NCBI GenBank assembly: GCA_905178155.1
Contig: CAJINV010000003.1
Coordinates: 10,501,604-10,565,603, forward strand
DNA: 64,000 nt
Source of the DNA: Amoebophrya sp. A120
Taxonomy: Eukaryota > Protista > Dinoflagellata
Direction: 5' to 3'
The notes under the pieces were generated by a model, which saw only the letters and a program-made list of their open reading frames with translations, had not been told where the DNA came from and did no database searches. A program made the position numbers and the translations under genes. This document shows, piece by piece, positions 11,682 through 23,893 of the stretch (its first letter is position 1; each line of letters begins with the position of its first letter).

Positions 11682-13907
11682 TTGAGTTTTTTTTCCAGCC
11701 CGAGACATATTTGCAGTGCATACGAAGACACTCTCTACAACGCTAGTGCTACGGAGAACGTGGAACTGCAGCTCGGATGTGATGCGTTGGCGAATTTTTT
11801 TGCTAGTTGCGACCCAGAGCGGAGTAGTGTTTTAGTGGATTGCTTGTACCGGCGAGACCGATCCGAAAAAAGCTTCTCTCCTTTCGTGCTCCTGCAAGGC
11901 GGATTAGGCACAGAAAGAAACCTCCCATCCGCATCCAATTTGTCAACGCGCGAAACATGCGTAATCTTCTGCGGTTGTCATGCAAAAAATGAATGTGGAT
12001 GGGTTTTCTATTTTTTCTGTGGATACAGACAACGGTTACAGCATAGAGGCCACGCCTTTGACGTGTCAGGTTCATGGACAGCCTCGTTCTTTCCGCACAC
12101 TCTGGCTGTGCAGACCTTTAGCGGGGAGATGTTGTCCACGGCTTCGGCCGCGGAATTATCGGAGGATTCGCTGCAACTACTGCACAGCATCGCGTTTTCG
12201 CACCTGCGCGTGGAGCGAAATCCTTTTGCGGACATGCTAACGCTTCGAGAGGACCTCGAAAACATCCTGCGAACTTCCATGCGTGTTTACGTTGTGGCCT
12301 CATCGAAGAACAGTCCAGCTACGCCTTCTCAACAGCGCGCTCATGTGTTGGCTGCGGGCAGCACAGCTACAACACGAGGTGGCAGTGGGAGTTGTACTGC
12401 TACTGGCGCCGCAGCGTCGAGCTCGAGGGCGAGCGGCGATGACAACAGGTTGAAGTTCGTTGTGTCGGGAAGAACAGAGAACTTGAAGCATTTGGCGGTT
12501 TCCACCCGGCCAACTGCAGGCTTCCGCGCCCCCGGCACCGGTGGCGGAGCTACGCGAGGAGCAGCAGCCCCAGAGTCATCCTCTTCGCAATCCGGCATCG
12601 CTTGTCGTTTCCGACAAGACGAAGCGGACGAGGGCTTGCGAGATACTAGTGATGAGCTGTCTGCGAGTCAGCATTTTCAGGTTCGGGATGATGATCTCTT
12701 TACGGGGTACGTGTCCTCAACCGGCGCCACGCAGAGCAGTTACGGAGGCAGGAGAATAATGTTGACAGGAACGTCCTCCTCCGCTTCTTCTTCTTTAACG
12801 ATCAGCAAGAAGAATCCGACGAAACAATTTCTGTTCTACGAAGAGGCGGGTGCGGGCGACTCTGTGGCGGGAGGAGGTGGCGCTACAACTGGCTCCTCGA
12901 GTGCTGCGAATAAAGGAAACAACGCTTCTCCTGGGGCTCCTACGACGGGGGGACCAAATAAAGTCACAACGCCACCGAAAAGCGCTGGGGCTACTTCTTC
13001 GGCAGCCGCCACCGCTGCCTCGGCAACGACCTCGACCACCGCGCCTGCTGGTGGTTTTTCGGGGTTTCACAACTTGACGCCGGAGGGTCAGGAAATCGTG
13101 GCTGCGCAAATCAAGAAAATCATGGGTGGCGCCGCGGAGGGGGTGGTGACGACGGGGTCGTCCGCTACTTCATCTTCTGGAACCAAGAAAAACGCCGATG
13201 CGCTGTCCGTCAAGATGGACCGCGTGCTAGTGGACGAGGCAGGGCAGAACAGTCGCGGGCCCAGCCCCTTTATGGAGCTGGTCGGCCTCGGGCCGGAATC
13301 GCGGGAGGAAAGCTATAGAGAGCTGTGCGTGAACAAGAAGGCCGACATATTGAGAGGAAAAACGTCCCCGTCCCAGAGTCAAGATCAAGCTGGGAAATCT
13401 GCTACACAATTCCCACAGCTTCGGCTGTTGCGCGTGACAAGTTTTGTTTCGTAGTGTGGTCCTGTTTCAGCAGCGTCATAGATCCAGCCTATTGTGCTGG
13501 TTGGAGCATTTGAAATTCCAAAACACAGCTAGAAAATAGATACTTCCTAATATGAGGCTCCGCGTGATAACAAGTAGCTATATATAAGCATTTTGATCAT
13601 GTAGATTTGCATGACAACTATTGGGCGGGGGCGTTTTTACATAGGACGCGACATCTTTGACGCGGTAGCCGCCGGCGATGCGCCGGCGGTGCAGCGCAAT
13701 CTGCAAATCTTCTGGCCCTTGTTTGATAAGTATCTCAGTGGCAGTGTACTACACCTCCCCTCGGTTTCCTCTGTCTTTTTGTTTTGCCTCTCAGTTGCTA
13801 AAAATTATACGATGAAATAGAATCCAAGAAATCTTCCGGTGCTTGTACTTGTAGATATTATATATGAATATAATAATGACGATGCTCCCTTGGCGCTTTG
13901 CATCCGC
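11682..13907 (+). CDS. Ser/Gly/Ala/Thr-rich protein followed by ankyrin-like repeats (probably continues to ~15002)
   Basis: 590-codon ORF. Removing introners 13347-13649 and 13730-13858 (each plus one duplicated triplet) gives ...KKADIFDAVAAGDAPAVQRNLQIFWPLFDKYEYNNDDAPLALCIR. A downstream segment NKNNSLAFALHLALQ is also ankyrin-like. Confidence 0.55.
13347..13649 (+). mobile_element. Introner, family A copy 1; non-canonical intron
   Basis: GAC[ATAT..AAAAACGTCCCC ... GGGGCGTTTTTACATAGGACGC]GAC. The internal sequence is homologous to 20409-20736 and 22024-23478. Confidence 0.85.
13730..13858 (+). mobile_element. Short introner-like intron
   Basis: TAA[GTATCT...AGATAT]TAT. Using the nearest AG (13853-13854) gives an immediate TGA, whereas the TSD-guided junction keeps the frame open. 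Confidence 0.55.
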
Positions 13908-15240
13908 CCCAGTCGTGTTTGCGTTGTAACAGGTTGCCTTATAGGAGCATGACTTGAGTTCAGTGCGAAACTGTAATCGATGCAAGGATGGATTGTTTTG
14001 CATTCGGATTTGCTAAAAGTTGTCGCCGTAATGATTACTGAGGATGCGGAAACCGCCCTCATTAACAGAAGGAAATGGAGGGGGGGGGGGGGTTGTGCAC
14101 GCCTATAACAGTGCCTATGTGGAGTTTGTGCAGAACTGGCTGAAAGCCAAGGGACACGTGGCGGACCTCGATATAGCGTTCTCAAGCGTCACATTCTCAG
14201 CTATTGCGTGAATTTGTGATGCGTATGCATATGCAACAAGAACAACAGCCTTGCCTTTGCGCTTCATCTTGCGTTGCAGATGTGGTGCGGATTTGCATAC
14301 TCATGCTATTTATAATTAATGCGCCGAGAGCTTGTCATGCGAAAAAGCTTGATGTTGATCATGATGCGCAGTGAGTACTGCGCATCACGATCATCGTGAT
14401 GTCATCGAAAGTTGTGCTTCCTCGCCCACCCCCCGGGGAGGGGATCCTTGACCTGTGGCGCTGGGAGCGGGTGTCCACTACATGATGACGATGATGATGA
14501 TGATGATGCAGTGAGTGTGATAGTTTGGATAAATTGAAACTCGTCATGTAACAGCTGAAAACGTAAGTAACGCTTGAGACTCCCATACTGCAGGCGTCGC
14601 CTTTGCAGAATCTCGCGAAGCTGTCCCTGGACCGAATCCACCAGATCGTGTCTGATTGCACCTTCGGGAACGCACTTCAGGACGCACAAACAATATGTAC
14701 CTGTCAGGTGGGAAGTTGTCATGAAGATGAAATTACTTACTTTTGAGTACCAGTACGCTACTAGGGCTAGTAACCACGACCACGACGTGCTCGTGGTTGC
14801 GGTCGGCTTACTTAGTACCGTAGCAAATCGCTTCCGTGTTTTTTGGGCGATTCCCCACGTGGCGCAACCATATGCCAAGGTGGCAGAGCTGAAACAGAAA
14901 GCCAAGGAGGTGCGGTACCGCGGGCCGACCAACCGTCCGGGTGAGGCTGCTCAAAGCGGCGGGAAATACGATGACGCTGGGCTGGCTGCCAGAGGTTCAT
15001 GATATAATTTGTTGATGATGTTGGATGCCTCCGTTTGGTGGTCTTGTTGGGATAAGAATAATAATGCGCTCAAAACGTAATCTCAATCTCTATGTTTATA
15101 TAGCGCAAGCGTTTGCAAAGAACTACTTTTAGTACATCCTCGTCCAACTCCAAGGACGCCAACACTGCGACTTCGAATACTTATGCGTAGATACATGAGA
15201 CTGATCAAAGAAAGAAAAATGAATCGCAACAGCACGCGGC

Positions 15241-16425
15241 ATGAGCGACAGCATGGTGGGTGTAGACGTTCCTGTGATTTACATTCCGAAGGATTTCGAC
15301 TTTCTGCCGATCAGGGAGCGGCAACTCATCCTCCATCAACAAGGAGTTTTGGACAATGAAGTCCTCAAAAACCCCCGGCTCCAAACGCTGGCATCGAGTA
15401 TCAGGCAGCGTTACATCGTCTATTTTTATCCGCGTTCAGAAGTTGCGCTTGCCTCATCTCGTTATTCTACAGCATTTCATATTTCTCTGCTGTATGCGGT
15501 TTAAGATCAAGAATAAGATTACTTTTGCTGATGATATTCATCTCCGTAGCTGCATCGAATCAACAAAAATAAAAAACACAAAACTAAGCTACAAGATACA
15601 AAAATCGAATAAAGCTGATTGCGATTTTTACAATGTCTATCAAACAGCGGAGGTGAGTGCGTACTATGATTTCCGGTCTGCCGAGGGGGATGAGCACGGT
15701 GATTTCCCGTGGACCGACGTGTATTCGGCCGATCCTTCGCAGCCCTTCAACGTCGGAGCGGAAAAAGTGAACGCGGGGAGCAAAGGCTACTTAGCGAGTT
15801 TCCAGGGAGATGGCCCGACGGGTAGTTCCGCGGACGGGGCCGGCGGTAACGCAGCGACCATGGCTGAACAAGGTGGCAGCACACCCTACACAGCCAAGAA
15901 TGGTGTCGCGCTGCATCAAGCGCTATCCGCAATGTCTCTCGAACTGCGGATGTGCCAGGAAACCTTGGCCGCCCACACCAGTGCCAACGATATGGCCGGG
16001 AAAAAGTCCGAAACAGCGTCCTACCAAACGCACATTCTCCAGGAACTCACTGCGGAGAGAGACTACTGGAAAAAGGAATGCGTCATCCTGTGGGAGCAGG
16101 TGCGGCGCTTGGAGGACGATTTGCGCGCGTGGGACCAGGAAGGCGCGTACTTACTTCAACTTGCTCATGCACTTTTATCTAACAAGCATGAATCATGCGC
16201 TTTTCCTTTTTATTGCCTCCATAGTGGAAGGACACATATTAAAATTTATTCTGCAGGAATTGGCAGCACCGAAAGCAGCAGAAGCCGAACGAATTGGACC
16301 TGAACGCTGCAATACGGGGGCAACAAGGCCAGCTCGGCGAGCAGGTAGACCTCCGTTTGGACCAGTCCAAGAAGCTCATGGAGGAGCTCCGAAAACACAT
16401 TGAGGAAGCGGAACAGTCAGCCTAA
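15241..16425 (+). CDS. Hypothetical coiled-coil protein, 3 exons
   Basis: Exons 15241-15409, 15648-16146 and 16257-16425 are joined by GT-AG introns in consistent phase. Coiled-coil-like segment LQELTAERDYWKKECVILWEQVRRLEDDL; ends ...KHIEEAEQSA*. Confidence 0.65.
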
Positions 16426-19400
16426 GAAGGGCTCCTGATCTGCTGGTTAGGAGTTCTTCTTCGACGTCGGAAAACATTAACATATCCCCAAAGTCATACG
16501 TGCCGAGCCCGTTCTCGTGTCGATACAGATCTATCACGAGCAAATACAGTAAGAAAAACAGAGCAATGCTGGACGATGCTTCAATGTCTAGCTTTTGCGT
16601 TATATTCTATTTTGTTATATTATATTCTATTTATTTCTAAGGAATTAATATTAAATTAAACTGAATGCTGAAGATCATATATGTACCTAAATAGTTTAGC
16701 ATCATCATCGGCATAATTATGAATAAAACTCTGAGAAGATCCGAGTTAGTGACGCGGCCTCGCGACTAGCTCGGGTGTGTAGGCTGGGCGGAGTACCAAC
16801 AAGTAAGCCAGCAACTGTTGTTGTATATGTATTGTTACCTAGTAAGTTTACATATGTTTTGATAGACAGTCGCAGAATGGAAGCAACACCGCCGAAGATA
16901 TTCACTCTGGTCTGTTACAGCATTTTTCCTTAGTACCGCTGCGATGCAACAACAACTCAACGAAACCACTGCATAGCAACTTTCTATATTGGTACTGCTA
17001 CTGAGACTGAATTATTTGCAACAATCCCACCCCTGGAGGGAAGGGAAGTCGTGATAAGGGCCTGGCGCCCAGATGTGCTACTAGAGGTAGACGCGGCAAG
17101 TCTCGCAAACTACACGGCAAAACGCCGCTGCTCCTGGTGAGTGATGAAGGGCGGCGCCCGCAATCCAGCGCGTGACCCCTCGCTCCTGGTGCTGGGTGTT
17201 CTCTCCTTGAGGAAGAGCCCAGCTCTGGAAGCTGGTGCGCCTTGTAGTATCATGCTCCTGGCGAGCACTAGGCGCGGCGCCTCGTGGTCTTTGGTGAGTG
17301 AGACGGCGGAGGGCTGTCCGCGTGCTTAACCTGAACAACACAGCGCCAAACCCTGCCCGGCCATTCCGAGGCGGGCCCCCCCTCTAGCGTGTTGCCGCGT
17401 CGTGTGCAAAGATGCCCGGCATGGCGTGCCCCCCCCGGCCTTGTGCCGACCGTATTAGTGGCGCGCACCGCCGTAAGCCCTAACGCCCTACGTAGCGCAC
17501 AGGACGCAGCTGGCGGCACTTGCCGAAGATCGGTGGAATCGGTGGGGCCTGCGCTATTCTGGAAAGCTTGGGCGGGCACCCTCAGCCCCCTGGTGGGGCC
17601 GCGAGACCGTTCGCGGGAGGCGGCGCAAGAGGCGGCGGGGGCTCCGCCTGCGTGAGCCGCCACCGTCACAGCTTGCGCCCTACATTCTGCCCGCCCGGCA
17701 ATAGCCGGATGTCAGTGGAGCCGCTCTGAAAGCGCGCGCCGCTACGCACGTAGCGTCATGATTCCGCGTCGGCGCGCCCTGTCCCTGTGTGCACCTTTGA
17801 ATAGTGCTGCTAACTATAAAAAGGAGCCAGTGCTCGAAGCAGGTCCGCACAAAGCGCCCGCTTCCCTTCATGCGCGCTGCTCTCCTTCTGCTTCCACGGC
17901 TTGAGGTCGTGCGTCGCGTTGAAGGGTCTTCCCCCGTCTGGCTCCCACAACCGCGTTGTCGGGCGGATCATTGCGAGTTGAGTATAGCATGGTCAAAGAG
18001 CGAGCGCCGCTCCCGCTTCTGTTGGAAACAAGAAGCGGATCAAATCCAATTGCAATTATTTATATTTGCAACAAAAAAGAAAAAGAAATAGGAAGAGAAG
18101 AAAACGACTATAACTGTATGAAACCATCAGACGAGACCGGAGCAGGGTCTCGATTTCCAGCGCGCGACTATAATTAAGCTCTGCGAAGAACAACGAGTCG
18201 ATACATTCCCATTCGTGCCCTCATCTCTTTGTACCTGCAAGAACAAAACATCGCCTTCTACTATTTGTATTTGTTAATAATTCTTGTTTTCTTTTGTTTC
18301 CAGATGCAGATGTGCCGTCGTGTTCAGTTCGTTCGCTGTTGTGTTTTGTCGTTGAACGGGAGGGCGAGAAGTGGCGCTGCTTGTTGTAGCGGCCGTGGGA
18401 TTTCAATCCGCGGTATCGTAGCCAGAACAAGACAACCGCAGGGAGGTGTTCAGTTACACTTTGGGGCTACTAATTCTATGGGTTCTTTTTTATGTGAGCG
18501 TCAGCATGACCATGAGCTCGATAGCACTAGTAGGAGTCACACAGATAACAGGAAAGATCGTGCTGACTACATCACTTCGGTTCTTGTGTGCAACGTAAGT
18601 AATCATGCGAATGCCCGACTTTCATCATGTATTAGTATTTGTATGCCAACACCAGCACCATGGCTTCTGTTCAATGTTCCACAAACTACAGGACCTCTAC
18701 TCTTGTTTTATTCGCATACTTCCCTATCCCTTCGCAGTAAGGTTGGTCTCAAATAATCTTTTTTTTTCCGTGGTAGATGAACATGTTGTCCTTGGAGTTG
18801 GAAGTCCAACGAAGCTGCCCTCGCCGGATTGAATATAGTAGATGAAGGCAAGGCAATGCAATGGAAATAAGTAGTTTGAAAGCTGTTGTCTAAATAGAAG
18901 TATTAAAGCCGACACGCAGAAACGTAGGCAGGCTCTACAACATGATACATACCTAGGCTTTCGCTTGCTGCGGCTCTCTTCTGTGGTTGGTGTTGTTTTT
19001 GAAACCTGCTTACACGAGCGACGTACATCGAAAGCTGCAACAAGTTCCAAAGAGCTTTGAAATAAGAAATACGCAAAGAAGTAGATATGTTGTTGGGCCT
19101 ACTTCTCTCACAATTATAAAGATCGATGTGACCGCTACGTATCAACACGCACATCCCTAGTTGATCTATATATTGCTTCTGCTACCCCTACCGCCTACTT
19201 CTGCTGATCTTTTAAAAAAGAAAGGAGACCCGAGCCGCCTCCTTGTCGTTTTTGTTCCGAAGCAAAGTATTTGAAGCCCGCGTCTCGATGCGCCCTAGGT
19301 TTCTACTCTTGCGCGCTTTTATTTATATGCAGCATGATCCGGTACTCAGACTCACGCATTACGAATTAATATACTGATAGTGCACGCACGGCTGGCAGCT

Positions 19401-19682
19401 GCGCGCTTTATCTTCAAAATTTCAATTTTACAGTTCCGATGGGGGTCTTACCCGGAAAATGCTTCCTGCGTCGCAGGCTATCTGCGAGCTTAGGCCTCGG
19501 CCCTCCGGCAGCTAACCGGACCAGCACACAAATTTGGCACAGCATAGTACTCAAGCAGAAAAAGCAACTATGACTTATCATTATGGAAAAGCAACATGAG
19601 AATTACTCAAGATTTAAATGTCTTCCCTTAGAATTACAAGTGCTTCTTTGTCTCGTCAAGTATTTTGATTTACATTGTTATA

Positions 19683-22600
19683 ATGTGGAGCTTTGGTGCG
19701 GCCAGTACGTTTTTCGGGAACACTGGGAATGGTGGGGGGGCGGGAGGCGGTCCACCTCCTCCTTCTCAAAGTACGAACAACAACAACGCGAATGCAAATT
19801 CTACCGCCGGCGCGGCAAGCGGAAACGTACCAAATTCGGATGGTGTCTCTGGTGGCTTTTTCTCCTCGGGCTTCAATATGACCTTCGGCTCACCCTTCCA
19901 CGGCGGAGGCGGAATGAGTTTTGGCCCAAGCATACTATTAGCTAAAATCCCGCCTCCCTATACTCGAAGATGCCGAAGCTCGTGATGCCCACTTGCGGGC
20001 ACAAGGAAGTCAACGCTTACGCCCTTGAGTTGTTGAATAGGGTTGAGCGGAACGCGAGCAGTCTACTTCGCAATCCGCTGACATGCGCTTCCGCCCAAGG
20101 TAAGCTGACGACGAGACACCTATCTCTCATGCGCCATACCTACAGCACGACTGTTACACACCCAAAGTTGTAGAAGATGTTTAAGAGTGAGGGGCCTGCG
20201 GTGCACTGCGACGAGACAAAGCTGCTATGTGTCCGCACATGGGCTTGGCAAATTTTTCATTTCAGTATGGAGAGGAAGGATTAGTTTTTCATTCTGATAA
20301 ATTTCACCGGACCCGGGCGGCAGCGGTGTTTCGCCTCCTGGGCCCTTTCCTTTTCCAGGATTTCCTCCCGGCTTCAATATGAATGTAGGCGGACCTCCTC
20401 CGCAGACGCTATCCTGTACAGAAACGTTTCCACCCCATAGTCAAGATGGCAAATCTGCTAGACAAATCAGCAAGCTTTGGCTGTTCTTGCGCGTCGAGCT
20501 TTGGCTGTTTCGCATAACAAGTTTGGCCTCGTTGTAGTGTGATCCTGTTGATGATGATGAGCTAGGTAAGCAGCTTCATCACAGACGGACCTAGCACATC
20601 GGGCTGGTCGGAGCCTGACAAATTCCGAAGCACGACAGTGAAATGCTTCTCATGGGGCTCCGCATGAGAAACATTTTCAGCATCATGCAGATTCATTTAT
20701 ATGAGAGTGGGGCGCGGACGTTTTTACACAGGATAGACGCACCATTTTCAGCAACATCATCAGCAACACCAGCAAGCGCAGGCTAAGGCGGCCCGACAGC
20801 ACCATAGCATGCGCACTTCTAACAACGGTGACGACAATAGGTCCTCCGGGGGATCCACTTTCACTCAAACATGGTCATGGAGCAATGGAAATGGAGGAAA
20901 TTACGGAAATAACGGACCACCACCCGCTCCCGCACCGTCGTCTGCAGCTCCTCCAGGTATTACATCTGGATGAAAATTGAACAACTTAAACTTTTCTTCC
21001 TCTGATCGTTTTCTGATTTTTAATCTTTATGCGATATTCAATTACGACCCAAGTGCAAGTGCATAAAGCTTGAAGTTGTTACTTTCGATTATTTCTGCGT
21101 CAAGATATCAACCCCGACCAAAAAACTCCCCACCACCGAAGGGTCTTCTTCGACACCTTCGCACTCTGCGCGGCAGGAGCGACACCGCGGTAATGCGTAC
21201 CAGCATCAGCAAGAAGCTACGAGGACCACTAGCAGATCCAACGCTAGCTCCTCAGCTTCGTCAAACAGCTCCGCTGCGCGGGGGCGCAGCGGAGCAGAGC
21301 CACGCGCACAAGGTGGTCCCGGTCGCCCGCCACCGAACCGCCAACCCCCGCCTCCCGCCCGGGGGTCCGCCTCAGGAGTCGGAGCGACTTCCGTAAGCCC
21401 GTCGAAGGTGGAACGGCTACCGCCGCCCCGGATCACCGTTCCGGTGGCGATGCGCTCGGAAAGTTGTCCCATCTGTCTGTGTGACTTTCACGAGCAGCCC
21501 CCAGAGAAGGCGGAACCAGGGTCGAGCAATAGTGGGTTGCCGGCAACGCTCGCGGTTCGATTGCCGTGCCTGCACTATAATAGGGAAGTGAGTTATGATC
21601 CAAGGGCTTCTGCTAGCCTTCACCTTCAGAAAAGTCGCAGTGCCGCGCATCCGTATGATGCGGATTTGCTGGGCTCCTCCGTCCGAAAAGCAACAGAAGC
21701 ACGCGACGCGATGAGTGGGATCTTTTAGAGTGATTCTGTTTTTTTTGGTAGGCGTAGTTTGTTTTGCATGATAACTTCCCAGGCAGATTCGCAGGATAGA
21801 AAGCGAAAGACAACTGCGGTTTTTTTTAATACGTAGCCCGCGGGCCGCACTGCTCATCTCTAAGATCGCTCATTTCTCCCCCATAGGGACATGTTTCATC
21901 CCGAGTGTGCGGAGCAGTACCTAGAGGAGCACCAGACCTGTCCAGTCTGCAAACTCGACTTGCACCCGACACACGTGCACCGGAAGCTACGTCTCCGGGT
22001 TGAGGACGTGGGTTCGATGCAAGTTATCATGAGGAAAAACGTCCCTAAATCTGCTTAGAGAATATAGACAAGTCAGCTGCGAGTTTTGGCTGTTGCGCAT
22101 GACAGGTTAGGCGTCCTATTGTATATAGTGAGGTCACCGAACGGCTCTAGCCAGGGAGTTTTTCTGCAACCAGTGCAAGACCGAAAAGGTCAGCACTCAC
22201 GAAACCCGACCGAGTTACGATCTTACTACGTGCAACGAGGGCGGAGCAACGTCGGGGCTACGTCGTGCTTGTGCGAATGCGGGCGCTATAGTCCATGTAG
22301 TTCCTTTCTTCCTTCGTGTTACTGGGGTAACACTACAAAACTTTAGGGAAAGACTCAGAATGAGTTCGCGCCACACCATGCGGATTCATCTCCGCATGTG
22401 GAGGCTTGTAAAGCTCTGACGATGGTAGTACCATCGGGAAATGGAACATTTGCAGTGCTGAATGATTGATCATCTTCGTGGATCTTCAGTGTGTTTCACA
22501 CACGACATCAGCGCCGTCGTCATCTTCGATTCGTGCCGTTAGGTCGTGACTTTAATGCTGGATATCTGCGATCCACAACCAGACAGCAAAACGACCGGCA

Positions 22601-23893
22601 GTTTTCTGTCGGCCGGATGTGTTTTGGAACATAAAAAGTTTTTATTTATCAATCGGGCGGGGCCTTGCTCACAACTAAGCCAGAGCGGAGTCTATCGATT
22701 GCCGATTGATGGAACGACGCAAGGGAGCCGGCAAAAGTAGCGCCCTTCTGAGGCGCCCAGCGCACCCATTTTCGTCGATTTGGGGCGCCCAAAAAGGGGC
22801 GCCGGAAAAATGTAGAAAAAAGGAAAACCGCAAAGCCTCATGGTATAGGCGTCATCTTTGCCTAGTTTTGGCCCTCGTGAAAGCCGCGAACAAAACCAGG
22901 CATAGCAGAGGGGGACGAGGGGCAAAAAGCTGCGCTTTTTAAAACAAAAAAAAACAAAGGCCGGCAAAAGCTGAAAGCCAGTCCCCATGCTATGGGCCCG
23001 ATTTAGGGGGCTCATAGGGCCGCCCCTGGAGGAGGCCCAGGGGGGGCATAGCGTGCGGGGAAGCTCTTTCTCTTTGAAAGCAGGAGGGGCGCGACTGTCG
23101 GTCGTGTTTTTAGTGGTGCGGCGTGCCATGCGGAGTAATGTTATGCGCGACGCTATGATGGACACAAAAAGTAAAAGAGCCATCTTTTTTTTACACTCAA
23201 GGAAGGGCGCCGGTCCGAGAGGACGGTCGCGCCCAGTCAAAAAAACCCAGCGTGACCTCACTACCCCCGCCTCGGCGGCCATAATTGGTGGTCCTGTGTA
23301 GGTAGTTCAGCAGCCTGGCAGATCTTGCGCATGTTGATGCTGGATGGATCATCACAAATTCCGAAACACGACTAGAGAGCGCTCCTTCTCTACTTGGGGC
23401 TCCGCATGAGAAGTATTTTCAGCGCGCAGACTTGCATTACAGCGAGCTATGGGGAGGGGACGTTTTTACATCGGATACAGGTCAAGGAGCTGCGCTACCT
23501 CTACGACTACATCGGGATCAAGCCGGACAAGAGTTTGGTGGAAAAGCCCGACATCGTTGCCCACATTCTTCGCTCAGGCTGTGTCACAGTCATCACACCG
23601 CCGCGTGTAGGTACGGATTTTGCGATTTTTGCTGCGACGCGGTCAACGTCAGTCTCGATGGTTGTAACGGGTGATCTCCACTGACTTGTCATTTCATCAA
23701 AATAAAAATATGTAATAATTGCTCTCTTTCTTCAATGCTTCGCCGAATGACCTTGACAGATCAACTACCCGTGAAAGAGTTGAAAGTGATGATGCGCACG
23801 CTCGGCATTCCCGCCTCTGGGTGCATCACAAAGGAGGATCTCGTTACTGCAATCCGGAGGCACCCCTGGGTCGTTTTTGACGCAAATGACTAG
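19683..23893 (+). CDS. RING-H2 E3 ubiquitin ligase with Gly/Pro-rich N-terminus and two C-terminal SAP/ARMET-C-like modules
   Basis: Predicted exons 19683-19931, 20301-20408, 20740-20955, 21111-21574, 21890-22022, 23481-23610 and 23760-23893. RING: CPICLCDF...LPCLHMFHPECAEQYLEEHQTCPVCK. Repeats MQVKELRYLYDYIGIKPDKSLVEKPDIV and LPVKELKVMMRTLGIPASGCITKEDLV. Confidence 0.85.
19935..20300 (+). mobile_element. Introner-like non-canonical intron
   Basis: ATA[CTAT...ATAA]ATT. Subterminal IR AATCCCGCCTCCCTATACT / AGTATGGAGAGGAAGGATT. Removal joins SFGPS to ISPDPGGSG in frame. Confidence 0.7.
20409..20736 (+). mobile_element. Introner, family A copy 2; no GT donor
   Basis: ACG[CTATCCTGTACAGAAACGT ... 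ACGTTTTTACACAGGATAG]ACG, with a perfect 3-nt duplication. Removal joins PPPQT to HHFQQHHQQ. Confidence 0.9.
20957..21108 (+). mobile_element. Introner-like non-canonical intron
   Basis: CAG[GTAT...ATAT]CAA. IR AACAACTTAAACTTT / AAAGCTTGAAGTTGTT. The TSD-guided junction, unlike the nearest GT-AG, reaches the RING reading frame. Confidence 0.7.
21575..21886 (+). mobile_element. Introner splitting the RING domain; non-canonical intron
   Basis: GCA[CTATAATAGGGAAGTGAG ... CTCATTTCTCCCCCATAG]GGA. The junction must restore C-L-H-M-F-H. Confidence 0.8.
22024..23478 (+). mobile_element. Introner, family A copy 3, with a ~1.15-kb nested insertion; spliceable as GT-AG (22023-23480)
   Basis: AAG[TTATCATGAGGAAAAACGTCCC ... 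GGGGACGTTTTTACATCGGATAC]AGG. Family homology stops at ~22130 and resumes at ~23288. Confidence 0.85.
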
